64,000 nucleotides of DNA from Acidobacteriota bacterium (GTDB taxonomy: Bacteria > Acidobacteriota > CAIWXX01). Below the pieces are notes generated by a model, which saw nothing but the letters and a program-made list of their open reading frames with translations, was not told where the DNA came from and did no database searches. Shown piece after piece: positions 26,685 to 37,139 of the stretch. The translations under genes and the position numbers were made by a program. The stretch lies in the NCBI GenBank assembly GCA_040755995.1, contig JBFMAF010000024.1, forward strand, positions 1 through 64,000. Reading direction: 5' to 3'. Each line of letters begins with the position of its first letter. Within the stretch, counting starts at the first letter, position 1.

Positions 26685-26722
26685 CGCCCATCCCCCGTCC
26701 CGGCGGGGACGGAGGATGGGCG
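26685..26722. terminator. strong GC hairpin downstream of the ompA-like gene (putative terminator/stabiliser)
   Basis: cgcccatcccccgtccc-ggcg-gggacggaggatgggcg, 17-bp stem with one mismatch; no clear U tract. Confidence 0.5.
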
Positions 26723-26800
26723 TATGTGCCTTGACTTCCGTGCCCGACTTACTACTTTAGTAGTAATTCGGACATCCCCTCCGAAAAGCGACCCGCTGCC

Positions 26801-27655
26801 TCACTTCTGGGCCCCGCCGCCGATGCTGCTCGACACCGGCACGCCGATCACTTCTCCTGACACGATCATCTCGACCCGGCGGTTTCTCTGCCGGCCGGAT
26901 TGGGTGTCGTTGTTTGCGACCGGCTCGTTCTCGCCGAGGCCTTCATACCCGAGGCGTTCTCTTCCGATGCCAAGCGAGCTCAGGTAGTCCGACGCGGCTT
27001 GAGCGCGCTTTTCCGAAAGCGTCTGGTTGTAATCTGCCGTGCCGGTACTGTCTGTGTGCCCTTCGCACCGGACCCTCAAGTCCGGGTAGTTGAGCAGGAT
27101 CCCCGCGAAGCGCGCGAGCTTCTGTCGAGCCTCGTCGCGGAGTGTGTACTGGTTGAGATCGAAGAGCACGTCGCCGATGTTGACGACCAGACCGCGTTCT
27201 GTTTCACGCGTCGGGAGGATCTCATTGAACTGGCTGAGCAGCTTCGATCGCAATTCCGCCCGTTCCGTTTCGGCCTTCAGGCGTTGCCGGGCCTCTTCGT
27301 CCGCCGTCGCTTTGGCCCTGATGGCCTCGGCTTCAGCCTGGAGCTGCTGGGCCTGCGCCTCGCGTTCGGCTTTCAGGGCTTCCTCTTTGGCTCTGTCTGC
27401 CGCCTCACGCTCGGCCTGCGCTTTCCTGGCTTGTATCTCGGCATCAGCCTTCGCGATCTCCGCCGCAACCTGCTTTTGCTGCGCGACTTGCTTCTGCGCC
27501 TCGGCTCTCACCCGAGCCTCTTCGGCCGCCTGCCTACGTCGCGCCTCCGCCTGGATCGCTGCCTGCTTTGCCATCTCGTCCTTTTCCTCAGCCATTCGGC
27601 GCGTCGCCACCATACGCGCCTCCTCTGCGGTCTGAACCGCCGTGCGGGCCTGAGC
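26801..27655 (-). pseudogene. OmpA-family peptidoglycan-binding protein with Ala-rich coiled coil, 5' truncated
   Basis: RETERGLVVNIGDVLFD, EGHTDSTG, NQTLSEKRA, NRRVE; frame extends upstream (AQARTAVQTAEEARM) with no signal peptide or RBS. Confidence 0.8.
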
Positions 27656-28449
27656 CGTGGGGATGGAGCGTGTACCACTACGGTCACTGGATCTTCACCA
27701 ATGCGTATGGGTGGGTCTGGGTCCCCGGCTACGAATGGCGGCCCGCCGACGTCGTCTGGTCCTATGGCGACGGCTACGTCGGCTGGTGTCCCAGCTACTG
27801 CGCCCGCGCATACGGCTACAGCCCCGCCCGGGCAAGCCTCTGGGTGTTCATCGGCGCTGATCGGTTCACCTACAACGACTATGGCGGATATAGCGTTCAG
27901 CCGTCCGTCGTTCAGACTCTGTTCGTGCGGAAGACGGTGCAGTTCACCCCATCGGCGCCCAAACGAGACGCGATGGAACGCGTGACCCGCCGATCGATCC
28001 CGGTGCAATCCGTGAAGCAGCGTGAGATGACAGTGGATGGCCGGCGTGTCAAGATGGTCGTCCCGCAGGCGCATGACGCGATCGTCCTGAAGCAGGCTTC
28101 CATGACCGCGCGGAAGTCTGCCCCGGCTGCGAGCCCACATCGAACGGAGCAGCACGAGAAGGTGCAGAAGTCGACTCCGTCTGCGCCTCGAGAGAACGCT
28201 GCTCAGCCCCAGGCGATGCACCAGTCCGGCACCGCGCCCGCCAGCTCCAGGAACAGTCACGAGAGCGTGGGCCCAGCGCCGGCACAGGCCCAGCGGGCAC
28301 AGCCTCAGGGCTAGATTAAGCTCGAGCCGAGGCAGGGGAGCAAGTCATCGCATCCGGCCTCTAAGCCGGCATCGGATGCTCAGAAGCGCAAGGGCGCGCC
28401 GCCTGCCGCCGCGGACAGCCGGAAGCACGACCCCAAGAAGGACCGGTAG
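27652..28449 (+). pseudogene. DUF6600-like (PWGWxxYHYGxW) protein, 5' truncated, in-frame TAG at 28312-28314
   Basis: EPWGWSVYHYGHW...GWVWVPG.EW.PA.V.W...GYVGW.P; low-complexity tail continues in frame past the TAG to KHDPKKDR* at 28449. Confidence 0.7.
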
Positions 28450-28821
28450 GCGGCAACGCTGCGGAACAGATCTCGAGCTCGATCGCGAGAAACACCGTTC
28501 GCGTCGAGCTCGGGATCTCTCTTTCACGTTCGATGCCGGTTCCGCCACGGGCCGGATGCGTCACCCGAGCCCCCGGCTTCTATTCTGCGGCGACGGAATC
28601 GCAGATGACGCCCACAGCCCCGTACGTATCGATGTGAAACACCACGTTCGTCATCGGAGTGGTGATCGTGAACGGCAGGACGACGTGATGGGTAGCATTC
28701 GCTGCACAGGACTGCCGCAGTGGTGCCACGCGGGGCTACCCCCCACGAGGCCTGGTAGAACTTCGTCCTATCCGAGAATGAGACCCGGGCCCGATTACAG
28801 CGGGGCTCGCGATGGCTCATA

Positions 28822-29616
28822 TTGGAGTTGGACGGACACCTAGAAGATCTGGCCTTCGCGGACGACCATTTCTTCAACGACCCCTATCGCGTGGCGGACA
28901 TATGCAGGGGCCTGATATCGGTGCCGTCACACCCGACCTGGTTCGCGACGGCGCGGCCGGACGTGTTCGTCAAGAGCGCGGGCCGCTTCGTCGATCTGCT
29001 TGCCCCTGCGGGCTGCCGCAAGCTTCTCTTCGGCGTCGAATCGGGCGATGAATCGCGCCGCCGGCAGCTCGGCAAAGGGGTCTCCACCGAGGACCTTTTC
29101 CGCTGCGCACGGTTGTGCGAGGATCACGGTATCCAGGCTGATTTCACCTACATCGTCGGACTGCCTGAGGAGACCGAGGCGGAGCTGCGCGCAACCATCG
29201 AGGAGGCGGCCCGCCTCAGACTCGCCCACGACGGCGTCACCACCAAGCTGTTCTTCTACTCGCCATATCCCGGGACCAGGTTGTTCGGGAAGGCGGCCAG
29301 GCTCGGCATGGTGCACAGCCGGAGTCTGCTGGAGTGGGGCCGATACGGTGATCACGATGCCGATAAGCCATGGCTGAGCCCGGGGTACAGGCGTCGGATC
29401 AGGGTGGCCTCGTTCTATCACTCCCACATGAACGGGCGGAAGCGTGCGGGTCTAAACGAGACAGTCGCCCGGAGGGTCCTCAGAGCCCTGTCGCGCGCAC
29501 GCGGGCATGTCGGCCTGTACGGCCTGCCGCTGGAGCTCGCCGCCTCGCGCGCGATCCGATGGCTGCGCCAGCCGGGGCCGAAGTCTTTGCCGCGCGCGAT
29601 CGAGGAGGCAACGTGA
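28822..29616 (+). pseudogene. radical SAM protein C-terminal fragment (CxxxCxxC and B12 domain absent)
   Basis: FADDHFF, GVESGDE, YIVGLPEET, YSPYPGTRL; no cysteine triad in frame upstream. Confidence 0.75.
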
Positions 29617-30509
29617 GCCTTCCCACCGTGACTGTCGTCATCCCCACCCTCAACCGGCGTGCGTGGGTGCTGGAAGCAGTCGAAGCGGTGTGCTCGCAGC
29701 ACTATGGCGCCGGCATCGATATCGTCGTGCTGGACGACGGTTCGGTCGACGGGACTGCTGAAGCACTTCGCCGACGAAAGTGGTCACGACCTGTCAGAAT
29801 CATCGAGACAACCGAACGCGGGCCGGCCGCCGCGAGGAACTTGGGGGTCGTGCACGCGACGGGCGACGTTGTCGCGTTTATCGACGACGACTGCGTTCCA
29901 CAGCCCGGCTGGATAGAGCACCTCGCGCCTGCGGCGACGGCAGGCGGAGCCGGCGGCACGACGCTGATGCTGAGTGATGGAAGCCTGGTCGCCGACTTCA
30001 TCGCCTCACTCTGGCAGGAGGCCGCGGCTCCTGGTGAAGACGCATCACCCCAGATCCTGTCATGCAACTCTGCTTTCCGCAGAGACCTTCTGGGCGACGG
30101 CTTCGATGAGCATTTCCGCCGGCCCGGATGCGAAGACACCGAGCTGGCCGCGCGCCTCGGGCGACGCGGCGTAAGCCTGAGCATCGTCGAGGCGGCCGTT
30201 GTCCATCATCGCCCGCGGTCGAGCTTTGCAGGGCTGGTGATTGCGGCATTCTACTACGGGCGTGGCTGGCGCCGGTACCGTGAGAAGGACGGCCGGCCGC
30301 TCCGGCCTGCGCAACTTGTGAAGATGATCGCGGCTCTACCGTTCTTCCTGTGTCTCGCGCATCGCCATCGAGGTCGAGGTGCCGTCCGGGCGATTGCATA
30401 CGCGTTTCTCAATCGGCTCCGGCTGGCCGCAGCCGCCGCCGGAGCCCTGAGCGGGCGGTGGATCTATGCGGGCCGCGGTAGATCGACCGAAGCGGGGGCT
30501 AGCGCATGA
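29613..30509 (+). CDS. glycosyltransferase family 2
   Basis: VTVVIPTLNR, LDDGSVD, GPAAARNLG, FIDDDC, GFDEHF...EDTEL; GTG start overlapping upstream stop. Confidence 0.9.
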   Translation: MSLPTVTVVIPTLNRRAWVLEAVEAVCSQHYGAGIDIVVLDDGSVDGTAEALRRRKWSRPVRIIETTERGPAAARNLGVVHATGDVVAFIDDDCVPQPGWIEHLAPAATAGGAGGTTLMLSDGSLVADFIASLWQEAAAPGEDASPQILSCNSAFRRDLLGDGFDEHFRRPGCEDTELAARLGRRGVSLSIVEAAVVHHRPRSSFAGLVIAAFYYGRGWRRYREKDGRPLRPAQLVKMIAALPFFLCLAHRHRGRGAVRAIAYAFLNRLRLAAAAAGALSGRWIYAGRGRSTEAGASA

Positions 30510-32079
30510 GCCGGCGGCCAAAGGTGCTCCTCTTCCACCCGTGCGCGTCCAAGTCCGGGCGTTTCGTTGCGCCCCTCTGTCCATGCTGGCGATCGCCGCG
30601 CCGCTGGACGAGCACGGCTTCGACGTGGTGATCGTCGATGCGCACGTGGACCCCCGCTGGCGCGAGTCCCTGCGATCGCAGGCAGAGGGCGCCATCTGCG
30701 CGGGGATCACTGCGCTCACCGGCTACCAGCTTCGACAGGGATTGGAGGGCGCGCGGATTCTGAGGGCATCCAACCGGCTGCTCGTTCTCGTCTGGGGGGG
30801 ATACCAGCCCTCGATGTATCCGGAGCAGGCGTTGGAAGACCCACTCGTCGACTGCGTCGTCACGGGGCTGGGCGAGGAGCCTCTGCTGGAGATCTGCACG
30901 AGGCTGGCTGAGGGCAGCTCCGATCTGAGTGGAATTCCGGGTGTGGCTCTGCGCCTACCGGACGGCCGCGTCCAGTGCAATGACAGGCGGGGCATGGTAG
31001 ACATCAATCTCTTCCCCCGCTACCCGTGGCACCTGGTCGACCTGGAGCGGTACGTGGAGCATGACTTCACAGAGCGGTCGCTCTCGTACAACAGCAGCAT
31101 GGGCTGCCCTTTCAACTGCGCCTTCTGCGGCGTGATCAGCGCCCTGCCGCGCGGCTGGTCGGGGTACACGGGCGAGCGGGTGACGGAGGAAGTCGAGTAC
31201 CTCGTGCGCCGCCACTCACTGGATGGCATCGCGATGATGGACAACAACTACTTCGTGGACCGCACGCGCGCGCGGCGAATCAGCGAGATGTTTCTTCAGC
31301 GCGGTCTGGCGATCCAGTGGCTGGCGATGGGGCGGGCGCGCGACTTCATCAGCATGGGTGGAGACCAGCTCGCCCTCTTCAAGCGCAGTGGGCTCAAGTG
31401 CGTGTTCATCGGAGCCGAGAGCGGGTCGGACCGCATGTTGAAGATGATCCACAAGGAGCAGACGGTGGCCGAGGTAGTGAGGTGCACCGAGATCCTCACC
31501 GCCTACGGGGTCACACCGCACTACTCGTTCACTCTCGGCTACCCTCCGGAACCCGAAGGGGACATCGAAGCGAGTCTGGCGCTCGTCAGGCGGCTGAAGC
31601 GAATCAACCCCGAGGCGCAGATGCACCTGGGTTACTACGCGCCCTACCACGGGACACCGCTCTACCGCTGGGCGCTGCGGCATGGGTTTGAGGAGCCCGA
31701 ACGCTTCGGCGAGTGGTCCAGGCTCACTCTGGATTCCGGGCGCGCTCCGTGGATCACCGCGTCGATTCGCGCGCGCGTCGGGCGATCGGACCTCATCCTG
31801 CGAACCGCATTTCCGCACGAAGACTGGTTGAAGCGCCAGATTTCCATCACAGCGCCGGTCCGCGCCACGCTCCGCAGGCTCGCGTTGCGCCGCTGGGGAA
31901 GCGGTTCGACCTTCGTCAACGACCTGCGGGTCCTGCACAGAATGAACGCCGTCATAACAAATGCGATGAGGATCGGGAAATCAGTAGCACGGAAGCTTCG
32001 TACCCGGTCCATGCTCCCCGGCTCGGTCCCGCTCGTCACTGCAGCCGTTCGGAGGAACGCTCAAAGGAGGCACACATGA
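30506..32079 (+). pseudogene. B12-binding radical SAM protein with a frameshift near 30570
   Basis: ATG overlapping GT2 stop gives MSRRPKVLLFHP...FVAPL; rest in a different frame PLSMLAIAA...WGGYQPS...SMGCPFNCAFC...GAESGS. Confidence 0.82.
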
Positions 32080-33119
32080 AGAAGTTCGTCAGAGCACACA
32101 ATGGAGTGGCGCTGGGTCTCGTAGCCGCCCTGCTCCTCGTCCTCGGGATGATGGGCTGGCGCCTGGTGGCATCATCAGACGCCGGCTGGTCCAAGCATGC
32201 GATCAGCAAGTCGGTACATTACATCCGGATACCCGTCAAACAGTCGAAGGTCGTCTACTGCGCTACTGACGTGCTGAACTACACGAATGCCGGAGTCTTC
32301 GTTTCGACCGACGGCGGCAAGAAGTTCGCGAACGTCACGGGGACGCTCCCCGAGCGCGTCGTAAAGGGGCTCGCGGTTCATCCATCGAACACCAATAGCG
32401 CATTCGTGGCTCTACTGAACGGAGGCGTCTACCGCACATCGAACCGGGGCAAGACGTGGGTGCAGATGAACAACGGACTGACCGTCAGGCAGACTACTGC
32501 AATCCTGATGAACGAGCTGGCGCCTAGCACCCTGCTACTGGGTATCAAGGGGGGCAAGGTCTACCGCTCCACCAATGGCGCCGCGACGTGGACGAACGTT
32601 GCGACGGTCACCGGCGACGTCACGGCGCTGGCGGCGGACCCGAAGAACAAGACCGTCTACTACCTTGGCACCAGCAAGCGGATCGTCTACAAGTCCACCG
32701 ACAGCGGAACGACCTGGCAACAGAGGATCATAGGACTGACCGGCGCTGCCAACAACATAATCACTGCCATCGTGGTCGATCCCATCACCACTACCAATGT
32801 CTACCTTGGAATGTCGGCCAACGGTGTGTTCGCGTCGACGGACGGCGGCGAGAGCTGGGCTCAGAGGAAGACGGGCCTGAAGAATCTCAAGATCAATGAT
32901 CTCGTGCTGTACCGGAAGATCCCGAGCATCATTTACGCAGCCACCAAGGGATCAGGGGTGTTCAAATCGACCACGTCGGCCGCCACCTGGGTGCAGTTCG
33001 ACAAGCTGAACCTCACCGATCTCTCCGTGCTGGGCCTCGCGCTCGATCAGGTCACCGGCAAGCACCTGTTTGCAGGAGGAGCTCTTGGCATCTATGACTA
33101 CCAGCTGACGGCGCCGTAG
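32076..33119 (+). CDS. secreted BNR/Asp-box repeat beta-propeller protein (VPS10/YCF48-like)
   Basis: AAGGAGG RBS, hydrophobic N-terminus, repeated (V/F)xSTDGGxTW motifs. Confidence 0.85.
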   Translation: MKKFVRAHNGVALGLVAALLLVLGMMGWRLVASSDAGWSKHAISKSVHYIRIPVKQSKVVYCATDVLNYTNAGVFVSTDGGKKFANVTGTLPERVVKGLAVHPSNTNSAFVALLNGGVYRTSNRGKTWVQMNNGLTVRQTTAILMNELAPSTLLLGIKGGKVYRSTNGAATWTNVATVTGDVTALAADPKNKTVYYLGTSKRIVYKSTDSGTTWQQRIIGLTGAANNIITAIVVDPITTTNVYLGMSANGVFASTDGGESWAQRKTGLKNLKINDLVLYRKIPSIIYAATKGSGVFKSTTSAATWVQFDKLNLTDLSVLGLALDQVTGKHLFAGGALGIYDYQLTAP

Positions 33120-33286
33120 GCGCTGACGCGCGACATCGACGACACCGGGGCACTGCCACGCGTGATCGGTCACGCTCGGCGGAGGTGTGTGGTATCCGCG
33201 TCAGGGAATCCAAGCACGCCGGGCGAGGAACTGACCGCAGGGCGCGGACGTATCTACTTCTTTCGCCACCACCGCCTTTCTCGACG

Positions 33287-33315
33287 TTGACATCCGACAA
33301 TACCTGCGCTATTTT
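33287..33315 (+). promoter_or_regulatory. sigma70-type promoter for the FG-GAP genes
   Basis: TTGACA-17 nt-TATTTT. Confidence 0.5.
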
Positions 33316-33429
33316 CCTGGGGCCAGATTAGCGGGAGAGAAACCGCTCCTGTAGATCCGCACACTGTCGGCAGGCCGATGGTCGTAGAGCTGAGTGGCAC
33401 GGTGTGCCGATGTGTTTCTGGGAGGTGAG

Positions 33430-35091
33430 ATGCCCCCGAGGCGAAGGCTCGTGGGAGCCAAGGCTGGGGCGTTGGTGTGCCTCGCGCTGGCCTCCTTCGC
33501 GTTCTATCCGCCCGGCCCGGCGGGGGACAAGGTGGTCTTGCTAGCAGACATCGAGGCTGTCCGAGCATGGAGCCCTCACGTCGGAGTCCGCGGAGCATGG
33601 AATTCCGGGCGTCTGTTGGGGGAGGGCATCACAAAATGGGAGACTGACCGCACCAGAGCTCGCTCCGTATTCCCGCCGCCGGCTTTCCACACGTCCCTGC
33701 AGGAGAACCGTGGGGTCTTCGGTCCCCCCCATGTGTTCCCTTTGGGGGACGGTCCCGTGGCAGTGGCGATCGGAGACGTGAACGGCGACGGGCGGAACGA
33801 CATTGTCGCATCAACCTCATGGCAACCGGATCGCCCGGAAGACAGGTTCTGCGTCTTCGTGTTCTCACATAACGAATGGGGGCAGTTGGTGGGCCCCGTG
33901 CGGTACCCGGCCGGCAAAGGGAACTCCATCGACATGGCGGACCTCAACAGCGATGGGCGGGCCGACATTGCCGTCACAGCAACCAACGGGATTGGGGTCC
34001 TTATTCAAGATCAGTCGGGCGGATTGGAACCCATGGTCTTTTACCCATCAAGGCATCAGAGCGACACGAATTCGTACATCGTCAAGATCGGGGACTTTAA
34101 CCATGACGGTCGCAATGATGTCGTATCAACGGACGAGTGCAGCAACATCGGTCCCAAGGATGTCGACATCTACTTGCAGAATCAGGGGGGTACGCTGAGT
34201 TCGGCCAAGAGCTACCGCGTCGCGCACTGGGGCTCCGAGGACCTGGATGTGGGAGATCTCGATCATGACGGCCGGGATGATATCGTGATTAGCAGCGACC
34301 GCCCTGGGCCCGTGAGCATGGCAGTGTTGTTGCAGCGGAGCAACGGATTCCAGACCACGTATTATGGGTTACCCAGGGGCGGTTCCCCAGATGGCGTCGC
34401 CGTCGGAGATGTGAACGGCGATTCACTGGACGACATGGTGGCAACCTTCGGTGGTAATGACGGCAAGATCGCAGTCTTCCTGCAAGAGACATCCGGCGGA
34501 CTCGCCGAGCCGACCATCCTGCCCTCGTACGACATCCCCCAGCAGATAGAGATAGCCGATGTGGATTTGGATGGCCGCAAGGACGTTGTCGTCGTTCACA
34601 GCGGTTGGTTTGCCCTGGGAGTCTACTACCACAAGGGGGTCTCCCTGTCCCGGTACGAGCTCTACCCGGCGCCCTGGATCCAAAACAGTGAACCCCAAGC
34701 CCTCAAGGTCGCCGACTTCAATGACGATGGAGCCAACGATGTCGCGGTTGTGGATTCGCAGGTGGGCTTGAGCCTGTTTTACAACCAGTATGTCTCGATC
34801 AAGGTGACGGAACCAGGCGATGGTGCAGTCTGGCCGATCGGATCCAGCCAGAGCATCCGCTGGCAATCACGAAAGGTGAAGGGCAAGGTGAGACTCGATA
34901 TATCGCGCAACGGGGGTCTATCGTGGGAGCCCATCTGCGGAAGCGCTGCCAATACTGGTAGGAAACAGTGGGGGGTGACCGGCCCTGAGAGCGCCTACGC
35001 GAAAGTGCGCGTATGCAGCCTTTCGAGCGAGTCGGTGGTGGGTGTTAGCGATGGGTATTTCGAGATTTCGAGCGGGAGGGAATCTCGTTGA
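33430..35091 (+). CDS. secreted FG-GAP/VCBS repeat protein with C-terminal Ig-like (Kre9/Knh1-type) domain
   Basis: seven GDxNxDGxxD-type repeats; C-terminal IKVTEPGDGAVWPIGSSQSIRW...ISRNGG; GGAGG RBS. Confidence 0.85.
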   Translation: MPPRRRLVGAKAGALVCLALASFAFYPPGPAGDKVVLLADIEAVRAWSPHVGVRGAWNSGRLLGEGITKWETDRTRARSVFPPPAFHTSLQENRGVFGPPHVFPLGDGPVAVAIGDVNGDGRNDIVASTSWQPDRPEDRFCVFVFSHNEWGQLVGPVRYPAGKGNSIDMADLNSDGRADIAVTATNGIGVLIQDQSGGLEPMVFYPSRHQSDTNSYIVKIGDFNHDGRNDVVSTDECSNIGPKDVDIYLQNQGGTLSSAKSYRVAHWGSEDLDVGDLDHDGRDDIVISSDRPGPVSMAVLLQRSNGFQTTYYGLPRGGSPDGVAVGDVNGDSLDDMVATFGGNDGKIAVFLQETSGGLAEPTILPSYDIPQQIEIADVDLDGRKDVVVVHSGWFALGVYYHKGVSLSRYELYPAPWIQNSEPQALKVADFNDDGANDVAVVDSQVGLSLFYNQYVSIKVTEPGDGAVWPIGSSQSIRWQSRKVKGKVRLDISRNGGLSWEPICGSAANTGRKQWGVTGPESAYAKVRVCSLSSESVVGVSDGYFEISSGRESR

Positions 35092-35133
35092 GGACGTCCG
35101 CGCATTTCAGAATGGGAAAGGGCACCTCTTAAG

Positions 35134-36576
35134 ATGGTGATGTGTGAGTTGTCACAGCGCGTAGGCTTCGGTGTCGCCCTGCTTTTGCCTCTTGCGGTAT
35201 GCGCGACTGCCGGAAGCGCTGAAAGGGCCGATCCACGGCAGACCGGTGTAGCCTGCCATTGGTTACCGTTCGAGGCGCCCGAACCTAGGCAAGCCCACAT
35301 CGTACTGGACAGCACCCCCAGTTCGGCTCGCCCTAGCTGGTACGAGCTGGCGGACGGACATACTGAGATCATGAGGCTGCCCAGCGCGAAACCCCGGTGG
35401 TGCGGCGAATCGCCATCGACCAACCCAGACCTATTCGAACCATACCAGATCTATCAAGTAGGTTCCCGGCCAGACGCGTTGGCTGTCGGCGATGTCAACG
35501 GAGATGGCAGGAATGAGGTCGTGGTTGCCACAGGCGATTCTGGTGGCCATGGCCACCCGAACGATTACTGCGTCTTCGTTTTCCGGCAGAACGCGGCCGG
35601 GGGCTTGTCCCGCCCCGCGAGGTACCGAGGCGGCAACGGCTGCTCACTCGACATTGGAGACATCAACGGTGACGGCAGGAACGATATCGTTGTCGCAAGC
35701 GACAGCGGTATAGGTGCCTTCCTTCAGAACAAGAATCACCGGCTGGGTCGCATGGTTTCATACGGCTGTCCGGGGCCCGACCCACACAATCCGATCACCC
35801 GTGTAAGAACCGGGGACTTCAATTCGGACGGACGACAGGATGTGGTGGCGATCCATAGTTTTGACGAAACCAACGAAGTCTATGTGCTCTATCAGCGGCC
35901 CGGAGGGAAACTGCAGTTTCCCTCTATTCTCACGTTGGCTCAGGCTGGTTCCAAGGACTTGGAATGCGAGGATCTGAACAATGATGGCTTGCAGGATATT
36001 CAGGTCATGAGCAGCCGATCCTGCAGCAACTACGTCGGGGTGCTCTGGCAGAAGGCTGGTGGGGGATTCGAGTCGCCCACGTACTATGACTTTGGGGGTT
36101 GGGAGCCACTAGGAGGCATGGGGGTAGGGGATGTCAATAACGACGCTCTGAGCGACATTGTAGTCAGCATAGCGGCCAATCAACCACGTAGCAAGATCGG
36201 GATCCTGCTCCAGAAGGAGTGGGGGTTCATCCGTTCAGCTGTTCTTCTGCCGTCATACGACTGCCCTGAACCAGTCGAGATCGCGGACGTGGACGGCAAC
36301 GGCAGGAATGACATTCTGGTGGCACACGGCGGATGGGAGGCATTGGCAGTCTATCGGCAGAAGTCCGATTCGCTTCTGCCGTATGAGCTATATCCAATCC
36401 CGTATGCGTCTCACTACAACCCCCACAGCCTGGCCGTCGGGGACGTCAGCGGGGACGGTGCGCCTGATGTAGTGCTCGCTGATTACAACGGCTATATTGT
36501 GATACTCTACAATCGAACCATGGCACCCTGCTTTTCCCAGGGAAGAGCCGGAACCGCATCGAGGTTGAGGCCGTAG
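35134..36576 (+). CDS. secreted FG-GAP/VCBS repeat protein, paralogue of the preceding gene
   Basis: signal peptide; repeated GDVNGDGRN; shared segments such as CVFVF, LPSYD.P..EIADVD, YELYP. Confidence 0.85.
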   Translation: MVMCELSQRVGFGVALLLPLAVCATAGSAERADPRQTGVACHWLPFEAPEPRQAHIVLDSTPSSARPSWYELADGHTEIMRLPSAKPRWCGESPSTNPDLFEPYQIYQVGSRPDALAVGDVNGDGRNEVVVATGDSGGHGHPNDYCVFVFRQNAAGGLSRPARYRGGNGCSLDIGDINGDGRNDIVVASDSGIGAFLQNKNHRLGRMVSYGCPGPDPHNPITRVRTGDFNSDGRQDVVAIHSFDETNEVYVLYQRPGGKLQFPSILTLAQAGSKDLECEDLNNDGLQDIQVMSSRSCSNYVGVLWQKAGGGFESPTYYDFGGWEPLGGMGVGDVNNDALSDIVVSIAANQPRSKIGILLQKEWGFIRSAVLLPSYDCPEPVEIADVDGNGRNDILVAHGGWEALAVYRQKSDSLLPYELYPIPYASHYNPHSLAVGDVSGDGAPDVVLADYNGYIVILYNRTMAPCFSQGRAGTASRLRP

Positions 36577-36640
36577 ACCAACAGTGCCGTGCTGCCTCGA
36601 AGCGCCGCCGTGTCTCGGTCGGGAGTTCGGTCTCCATGGA

Positions 36641-36921
36641 GGGTGCGGCCGGCATCATCATCACTCTCATTGTGATCGATCCGGTCAACACGATGACCGC
36701 ATACCTCGGGATGTCTGCCAACGGCGTCTTCGCGTCCACAAACGGTGGCGAGAGCGGGCGTGCTCAAGTCGACCACGTCTGCGGCCACCTGGGTACAGTT
36801 CGACAAGCTGAACCTCGCTGACCTGAGCGTGCTGGGCCTGGCGCTCGATCAAGTCACCGGCAAGCACCTGTTTGCAGGAGGAACCCTCGGTATCTATGAC
36901 TACACGCTGCCGGCGCCGTAG
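36641..36921 (+). pseudogene. degenerate paralogous copy of the 3' end of the BNR-repeat gene
   Basis: aligns to ~32742-33119 (YLGMSANGVFAST.GGES; KSTTSAATWVQFDKLNL...GIYDY) with ~100 bp internal deletion. Confidence 0.85.
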
Positions 36922-37139
36922 GCGGTGGCCGCATCGAGCGCAAGGCATTCCGCGACTGACGCTCCCGATCAGAGCCGTGTGCCCCACCGCGGCCGTGCGG
37001 ATTGTCACCCTGTTCGCAGGACTCGGCGATATCGGGAACATGTCGCTCGAATTGCCGTAGACTCCGAAAGCTCGATCCCTACCCGGGGGGATCGACGCAG
37101 CAGCGCTGTCGGGGAGTCGAGTGTTCGAGCCTCCTCGTT

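Noticed and set aside
25064..28449. Alternative genetic code, selenocysteine or pyrrolysine read-through
   Set aside because: TGA and TAG both terminate many intact genes here; the two in-frame stops fit single C-to-T changes in a region with other lesions
32742..36921. Diversity-generating retroelement (template/variable repeat pair)
   Set aside because: Differences between the copies are mostly synonymous and not adenine-specific, and no reverse transcriptase is in the window
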